This document shows, one piece after another, positions 26,106 to 32,000 of a DNA stretch of 32,000 nucleotides. The translations under genes and the position numbers were made by a program. Below the pieces are notes generated by a model. It had not been told where the DNA came from. It did no database searches and worked only from the letters and a program-made list of their open reading frames with translations. Origin of the DNA: Promethearchaeota archaeon (GTDB taxonomy: Archaea > Asgardarchaeota > Lokiarchaeia > Sigyniarchaeales > SOKP01); contig JAUWGH010000006.1 of assembly GCA_030606485.1 (NCBI GenBank), forward strand, positions 120,001 through 152,000, given 5' to 3'. Each line of letters begins with the position of its first letter. Position 1 is the first letter of the stretch.

Positions 26106-26343
26106 ATTAAAAAAAAAACTAAAAATTCTTCTTTTTTATAGATTCCCCCTTTTCTTCAGCTGTATTTATTCAGCAAGCTTCATTAGTATAAAATATAATA
26201 TTTTTTCATCTCTATAAATATAAAGAGTGCATAGATTTATCTTAAAGAAAATTTTTAAAAAAAAATGAATAAGAAGGGAAATTAAAAATAACCGTTTTTC
26301 ATATTATATTAATAAATACAATATGATAAAAGAGTAAATTACA

Positions 26344-27108
26344 ATGGATAGTTCTAATCGTAATATAATGCCTGGTGCGGGACCTTTTTATTTTGAAGGA
26401 AATGATGTAGGAATATTATTACTTCATGGTGGGGGCGGGGGAACCGCAGCCGATTTAAAGCCAATGGCAGAATTTTTACATAATGAAGGAAGTTTTACAG
26501 TTAGAGTTCCATTGTTATCCGGATTTGGAACAACACCAGAAGAATTAAAAGATACACCGATCTCTGCTTGGATGGAAGATCTTGAAGTTGAATATAATTT
26601 CTTAAAACAAAAAGTAAAAAAGATTGTTGTTGGAGGGCATAGCATGGGAGCAATTTTCAGTTTATATTTAGGTGCTATAAAAAATCCCGATGCAATATTT
26701 GCCATAAGTGCTCCTATTGGTATACAGAGATTCTTAAGAAGAATATTGTCAAATATTAAAAATCTAAAGAGATATTACCCCATTTCCAAAGAAGAATTAG
26801 AAAAAGAAACAGATGGAGCATGGGTAGGATATGATAAATTTCCTTTAAAAGCAGGTAGAAGATTACTTAAAATAATTAAAACTTTCAAAAAATATTATAC
26901 TCAAGTTAATTGTCCAACATTATTAATTCAGGGAAGATTGGATAGTGAAGTAAAACCTTCCAGTATGGATAAAATCTATGATATGATAAAATCAGAAAAA
27001 AAAAAAAAAATTTGGCTTGAAAATAGCGATCATCCCATATTAAAAATTCCTGATGAGGATTTATTATTTTCTGAAATTCTAAATTTCCTAAATGAATTTA
27101 TAGTATAA
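26344..27108 (+). CDS. Alpha/beta hydrolase (carboxylesterase / monoacylglycerol lipase-like)
   Basis: PFYFEG..VGILLLHG, nucleophile elbow GHSMG, acid residue in QGRLD and catalytic His in ENSDHP. Confidence 0.9.
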   Translation: MDSSNRNIMPGAGPFYFEGNDVGILLLHGGGGGTAADLKPMAEFLHNEGSFTVRVPLLSGFGTTPEELKDTPISAWMEDLEVEYNFLKQKVKKIVVGGHSMGAIFSLYLGAIKNPDAIFAISAPIGIQRFLRRILSNIKNLKRYYPISKEELEKETDGAWVGYDKFPLKAGRRLLKIIKTFKKYYTQVNCPTLLIQGRLDSEVKPSSMDKIYDMIKSEKKKKIWLENSDHPILKIPDEDLLFSEILNFLNEFIV

Positions 27109-27162
27109 AAATTGAAAGAGTCCTTTTAATAGAGATTTCGCCTATTATCTTTTTTCCCAAAT

Positions 27163-27828
27163 TTATTTTTCTATTAAAACAGTATGGATTAAATTTTGAT
27201 TTAAATCTCTAATACTTTTTAATATTATGTGAGGAACTTGTATATTGTCTATTAATTTTTGTCTTGATGTCGTTCCCGTTAAAAGCCCAATAAATGGACA
27301 ACCAAGCATTTCTGCGACCTTAACATCGTTTATATGATCTCCAATAACAATTATTTGCTTATTAGGAAAAGTTTGTTCTAGTTCCTTTTTTGTAATTGAG
27401 TCGTATTTTTTCTTTCTTTGTTCAGTTTCTCCTAAATATAAATCAAAAAAGTGATCTATTTTTAAAATCTTTAGAATATTATGGACCATTTCATGCTTTT
27501 TAGAAGATAAAACTCCTAAGAGAAAACCGTTTTCTTTTAATTCTTTTAATTTTTTCTTTACGCCTTTAATTAATTTTGACTGATAAATTCCTTTCTTTCC
27601 ATAAAAGTCACGGAAGGCAGATACATATTTTTCAGCGGATTCATGTGTTATTTCTCTAAACATCTCGTATAAAGGAGTTCCAATCATTTGCTTTATAATC
27701 TTAGAGGAAACTTTCTCTTTTTTGTATTTCTTCAAAGCATAGTTAAAGGAGTTAATAATTCCTTTAGTGTTTTTAATTAGGGTATTGTCAAGATCAAAAC
27801 TTAAATATATTTCGCTGGAGTTCATCAA
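27163..27828 (-). CDS. HAD-superfamily hydrolase (phosphoglycolate phosphatase-like)
   Basis: Motif I FDLDNTL, motif II LSSK, motif IV IGDHIND. Confidence 0.88.
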   Translation of the reverse strand: MMNSSEIYLSFDLDNTLIKNTKGIINSFNYALKKYKKEKVSSKIIKQMIGTPLYEMFREITHESAEKYVSAFRDFYGKKGIYQSKLIKGVKKKLKELKENGFLLGVLSSKKHEMVHNILKILKIDHFFDLYLGETEQRKKKYDSITKKELEQTFPNKQIIVIGDHINDVKVAEMLGCPFIGLLTGTTSRQKLIDNIQVPHIILKSIRDLNQNLIHTVLIEK

Positions 27829-27938
27829 CCGTTCATGTTACTTTTTTTAAAAGTTTGATTTTAAACCTAATATTAATAGAATTTATTTTATTATTATAAA
27901 ATGAATTAAACATTCATAAAATATTATATAAATCATAA

Positions 27939-28490
27939 TTGGTGAGATTTATTTCTGATAAAGAAGAAAAAAGTAGAAATAGAAAACGTATAATTGTCTT
28001 AATAGTAAGCGGGATATATGTTATTATAATTTTACCAATAATTGGAGTCTTCATATCTTTATACATTGATGCTTTCTTTGGTTTTTCAATTTTAATAACC
28101 ACCCCATTTAATATAATTATTGCAGTAATTTTTTTAGTAGTTGGATTTTTTTGGGCAATCTGGGCTAATATTGAATTATATAGAATGGGACAGGGAAGTC
28201 CAGTTCCATTCAAAGAAACCCAGACAAGAATTCTAGTTATAAGAGGACCTTATGAATATACCAGAAATCCTATGGTTTTTGGATATATCCTTATCTGGAT
28301 AGGTATGGGTTTCTTTTTTAACTCTTTATTTCTTACACTTGGATTCACATCAATAATTGTGGTATTACTGATTGCATTAGTTAAACTCTGGGAGGAAAAA
28401 AATCTCGAAAAACGATTTGGGGAATCGTATGTTGAATATAAAAAGAAAATCTCTTTTATAATTCCCTTACCACGAAAAAAGCAGAAATAA
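27939..28490 (+). CDS. Isoprenylcysteine carboxyl methyltransferase / PEMT (Ste14-like) membrane methyltransferase
   Basis: Several TM helices; GSPVP, LVIRGPYEYTRNPMVFG and EEKNLEKRFGESYVEYKK. Confidence 0.85.
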   Translation: MVRFISDKEEKSRNRKRIIVLIVSGIYVIIILPIIGVFISLYIDAFFGFSILITTPFNIIIAVIFLVVGFFWAIWANIELYRMGQGSPVPFKETQTRILVIRGPYEYTRNPMVFGYILIWIGMGFFFNSLFLTLGFTSIIVVLLIALVKLWEEKNLEKRFGESYVEYKKKISFIIPLPRKKQK

Positions 28491-28538
28491 ATGCTATTTA
28501 TTAAAAGTTTATTTTTATGCCTTGATTTTAATACAATA

Positions 28539-29819
28539 ATGAAGGTCCATTTTAAATACGGTAAAAATGGGTTAAATATTGAACTATCTGATAATTTAAA
28601 CTTTACAATAATAAAAGCACCAGAAGAAAAAGAAATAGTCAACCCTGTGGAAGAAATTAAAGCAAAAATAAATGACCCAATTGGAATTTTACCTTTGAAA
28701 GAATTAATTCAACAAAAAGCAAAATTTCATGAAATTTCTCTCATAATTGTTATTAGTGACGCCACAAGACCATCTCCTTCTAAAACAATATTAAAAGCTT
28801 TAACTGAAATATTTGAAGAAATCGGAATCAGAGATGAACAAATAAAAATTTTAATAGCTACTGGACTTCATAGAGAAAGCAGACAAGATGAACTAGAAAG
28901 AATGATTGGTGCTAATTTTCTTAAAAGATTTGAAATTATTGACCACAATGCTAACGATGAAACCAGTTTAGCTTTTGTTGGATATAGCAATGATAGAACA
29001 CCTATTTATTTAAATACATATTATCTTGAAAGTGATTTTAAAATTTTGACGGGCTCCATAGAACCTCATTTTTTTATGGGATTCTCTGGAGGGAGGAAAT
29101 CGATTGTCCCTGGAATAGCTGGAGAAAAAACAATTAAGGGCAATCACTCTGCTAAAAATATTGCTTCTCCATTTGCCCGTTTTGGAGTATATAAGAAAAA
29201 CCCACTCCATATTAATGCAGTTGAAATAGCTAAGAGAGTTGGTGTAGATTTTATAGTTAATGTATGTATTAATGAGAATCATAATATAACTCAAATTGCC
29301 GCCGGGGATCTTGAAAAAGCTCACGAAGCTCTAGTAAAATATCAGTTAAAGCAAGTATATCAAAAGATTAATCTACTTTATGACATAGTTATTTGCGGGA
29401 ATGGAGGCTACCCGCTAGATTTAAACCTTTATCAAGCAGTTAAAAGCATGGCGCTAGGTGAGATGGCTGTAAAGAAGGGGGGAATCATTATCTCTGTAAA
29501 TGAATTATCCGATGGAATTGGACATGAAAAATTTAAGGAATTAATATATTGTGGAAGAACTCCAAAAGAGATCTATAAAGATATCATAAATGAAAAAATT
29601 AAAGTGGCTGATCAATGGGAAATACAAATATTAACTCGAGTCTTACAAAAAGCTGAAATCATTGTCGTTTCTCAATTATCAAAAGATGAGGTTGGAAATA
29701 TTGGTCTAATCTATGCAAATTCAGTTGAAGAAGCAATCGAAATGGCATTGAAAAAAATTGGACCTAATGCAAAAATACTTGTATTACCAGATGGACCACT
29801 CGTTTTACCAAAATTATAA
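28539..29819 (+). CDS. larA: Nickel-pincer-dependent lactate racemase (LarA family)
   Basis: SDATRP, IATGLHR, EPHFFMGFSGGRKS, GNHS and GYPLDLNLYQAVK cover the known LarA active-site His/Lys/Arg/Asp positions. ATG 28539 (MKVHFKYG) is the more typical start than 28491. Confidence 0.9.
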   Translation: MKVHFKYGKNGLNIELSDNLNFTIIKAPEEKEIVNPVEEIKAKINDPIGILPLKELIQQKAKFHEISLIIVISDATRPSPSKTILKALTEIFEEIGIRDEQIKILIATGLHRESRQDELERMIGANFLKRFEIIDHNANDETSLAFVGYSNDRTPIYLNTYYLESDFKILTGSIEPHFFMGFSGGRKSIVPGIAGEKTIKGNHSAKNIASPFARFGVYKKNPLHINAVEIAKRVGVDFIVNVCINENHNITQIAAGDLEKAHEALVKYQLKQVYQKINLLYDIVICGNGGYPLDLNLYQAVKSMALGEMAVKKGGIIISVNELSDGIGHEKFKELIYCGRTPKEIYKDIINEKIKVADQWEIQILTRVLQKAEIIVVSQLSKDEVGNIGLIYANSVEEAIEMALKKIGPNAKILVLPDGPLVLPKL

Positions 29820-29919
29820 ATTATCTTAATTGTAATTTTAATTAATTTTTAATATCTTACACATTAAGAAGCATCATAATCCCAAATAATGTAGAAGAAC
29901 AAATCTTCAGTGTAATTTT

Positions 29920-31659
29920 TTGATTGAACCATACTCAAATATTTCAGAGGAAATTTATCAACAATTAAAAGATATCGTGGGAGATGAATTTATCTCAAAA
30001 GATCTTGAAATTTTATGGTGTTATGCATTTGATGGTACTATATTCAAGGAAAATACTGTCCCAGAAATCGTAATTTTACCTGAAAATAAAGATGAAATAT
30101 CTGAAACTTTAAAAATTGCCAACAAAAATAAAATTATCCTTATACCAAGAGGGAGTGGAACAAGTTTATCTGGTGGTCCTATATCTGTCTTTGGTGGTGG
30201 AATTATACTTGATTTGACCAGAATGAATAAAATTCTCTCAATTGATATTCCAAATAATCTCACAGTAGTTGAACCCGGTGTAATTTGTGATGATCTTAAT
30301 TTTGAATTGAATAAATATGAATATTTCTTTCCACCAGACCCAGCCTCGAGCTGTATTTGCACAATAGGAGGGATGGTTGCCAATAATTCAGGTGGAGTTC
30401 AGGCGTTTAAATATGGTGTAACCAAAGATTATGTAATGTTTTTAGAAGTTGTCCTTGCTGATGGGCAAATAATAAATATTGGTTCTTCAGTTAGAAAATC
30501 AGTATCTTCTTATAATTTTACTGGATTATTTGTTGGTTCTGAAGGCACACTAGGAGTGATTACTAAAATCGGGCTTAAAATAATCCCCTTACCTAAATCT
30601 AGGAAAACGGGGCTTTTTATGTTTGATTCTATTGAATTAATCATTCAAGCTGTAATAGAATTAAGAGAAAAAGGAATTATTCCGAACTTACTCGAATTTA
30701 TGGATGAAATAACAACTAAAGCGAGTTTTGAATATCTTGGTGGAGAATTTCTTTCATATCCTAAAGGAATTGTTTTATTAGCAGAAGTTGATGGGAATAA
30801 AACCCAAGCTGATTCTGATTTTTCAAAATTATTTAAAATCATAATGAAATATAACCCAAAATTTCATAAAATAGCAGAATCTGATAAGGAAAGAGAAATT
30901 TTATTGGATGCAAGGAAAGCAGCGCTACCAGCTCTTTCAAGAATTAAACCATCATGTTGTATAGAAGATTGTACAGTTACAATCGATAAATTCGCTGAAT
31001 GTGTTCAAAAGATTAAGGAAATTACCGAAGAATTAAAATTAGATAATATTAAGATTGCCAATTTTGGACATATGGATGGAAATATGCACCCAACATTTTT
31101 ATTTAATGAGAATAATGAATCTGATCGTAAATCACTATTAGTAGCTATGAAATACTTATATGAAAAAATTGTAATACCATTAGGAGGAACAATTACAGGC
31201 GAACATGGAGTAGGTTCTGTTAAAACTCCTTTTCTGAATCTAGAATATGATAGAGAAACCTTAAATCTAATGAGAGAAATTAAACTCTTTTTTGATCCTA
31301 ATATGATCCTTAACCCAGGTAAAGGAAAAGGAGACCCTCGGATAATAAAAAATAATATATTGAATAGAAAGTTAAAAATACCGGGAGATTTAGCCTTATC
31401 TTGTATGAGGTGCGGGTTCTGTATCCCACTATGCCCATCAAAAGATTATTATAAATTCGAAGCATATACTCCAAGAGGGAGATTAAGTATATTAAATGGA
31501 TTAGTCTATGGAGATTTGAAATTATCAGAAAAAGTCAATGAAATTTTGCATACTTGCATTCTTTGTGGTGCATGTTCTGTATTATGCCCTGCAGGAGTGC
31601 AAACTTATGAAATTTTTGAGAAAGCCAGAGAATTAATACATAAAAATAAAAAATTTTAA
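29920..31659 (+). CDS. FAD-linked 2-hydroxy-acid oxidase/dehydrogenase (GlcD / D-lactate dehydrogenase family) fused to a C-terminal 4Fe-4S dicluster domain
   Basis: PRGSGTSLSGG, PDPASS..CTIGGMVANNSGG, GSEGTLGVIT, GEHGVG and DPNMILNPGK, followed by CMRCGFCIPLCP and CILCGACSVLCP. Confidence 0.9.
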   Translation: MIEPYSNISEEIYQQLKDIVGDEFISKDLEILWCYAFDGTIFKENTVPEIVILPENKDEISETLKIANKNKIILIPRGSGTSLSGGPISVFGGGIILDLTRMNKILSIDIPNNLTVVEPGVICDDLNFELNKYEYFFPPDPASSCICTIGGMVANNSGGVQAFKYGVTKDYVMFLEVVLADGQIINIGSSVRKSVSSYNFTGLFVGSEGTLGVITKIGLKIIPLPKSRKTGLFMFDSIELIIQAVIELREKGIIPNLLEFMDEITTKASFEYLGGEFLSYPKGIVLLAEVDGNKTQADSDFSKLFKIIMKYNPKFHKIAESDKEREILLDARKAALPALSRIKPSCCIEDCTVTIDKFAECVQKIKEITEELKLDNIKIANFGHMDGNMHPTFLFNENNESDRKSLLVAMKYLYEKIVIPLGGTITGEHGVGSVKTPFLNLEYDRETLNLMREIKLFFDPNMILNPGKGKGDPRIIKNNILNRKLKIPGDLALSCMRCGFCIPLCPSKDYYKFEAYTPRGRLSILNGLVYGDLKLSEKVNEILHTCILCGACSVLCPAGVQTYEIFEKARELIHKNKKF

Positions 31660-31674
31660 AATTAAACCTATAAT

Positions 31675-32000
31675 TTATCTTTTTTTTCTCGCTCGCATCT
31701 TTGTCTTCTCAATAAATTCAAGGCAAACTCCTAATACATCTGTTGTATCAAAATAGTCCCATTTTAGATTGGCAAATTGACTAGCATTAACAGATTGAAA
31801 GCCCATTTCTTTCATTTTTGTTGAATATGATTCTAGATTCTCAACATATACACCATAATGATGTAATCCCTCTTTTCCTTGCTCAAGAAATTCCTTATAA
31901 ATACTATCTCCATCAACCCATTGGATTAATTCTAACTCTAACATACCCAATTGGCTAAACCCTGCCTTAATATCAACGATAGTGCGTTTATCTCGAAATT
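31675..32000 (-). CDS. VOC / glyoxalase-family protein (methylmalonyl-CoA epimerase-like), 5' end outside the window
   Basis: The frame stays open to the right edge (FRDKRTIVDIKAGFSQLGMLELELIQ), then GDSIYKEFLEQGKEGLHHYG and GVCLEFIE. Confidence 0.82.
   Translation of the reverse strand, partial: FRDKRTIVDIKAGFSQLGMLELELIQWVDGDSIYKEFLEQGKEGLHHYGVYVENLESYSTKMKEMGFQSVNASQFANLKWDYFDTTDVLGVCLEFIEKTKMRARKKR

Noticed and set aside
26996-27010. A15 homopolymer in the esterase gene
   Set aside because: It encodes EKKKKI in frame with family-typical spacing before the catalytic His. It is most simply Lys codons in an AT-rich genome, with no evidence of variation.
27939-28490. Idea that the ICMT-like gene methylates prenylated C-termini of the nearby GTPases
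   Set aside because: The GTPases end in LLFVY and LLFNY with no CAAX or terminal Cys, and Ste14/PEMT-like genes are widespread in prokaryotes.

Overview
A very AT-rich archaeal window, most likely from an Asgard archaeon (Lokiarchaeia-like). This is inferred from Roadblock-Rab-like GTPase fusions, longin-like proteins and large glycosylated Ig-repeat surface proteins, not from a marker gene. The left end holds housekeeping genes (aroC 3' part, Mut7-C RNase, Fe-S protein, V4R/ATC-hydrolase-like protein). The right end holds a 2-hydroxy-acid metabolism neighbourhood (esterase, HAD phosphatase, Ste14/ICMT-like methyltransferase, larA, GlcD-like oxidase with a fused 4Fe-4S domain, partial VOC gene). 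The central 23 kb (3299-26105) is an old tandem duplication of a three-gene cassette: a Zn-finger/wHTH/coiled-coil/dead-PLD protein (-), a longin-like/tandem-wHTH protein (-), and a divergent single-pass Ig-repeat surface protein (+) whose cytoplasmic juxtamembrane motif is nearly invariant. Copy 1 adds a small wHTH gene. Copy 2 adds a tandem pair of Roadblock + Rab-like GTPase + pseudo-GTPase genes with an altered G3 motif and a Ser-Asp-Leu repeat insert. My main hypothesis is that this is an undescribed receptor-coupled small-GTPase signalling system built from eukaryote-like parts. All domain calls come from motif recognition by eye, and all identity and GC figures are hand counts; no searches were run.
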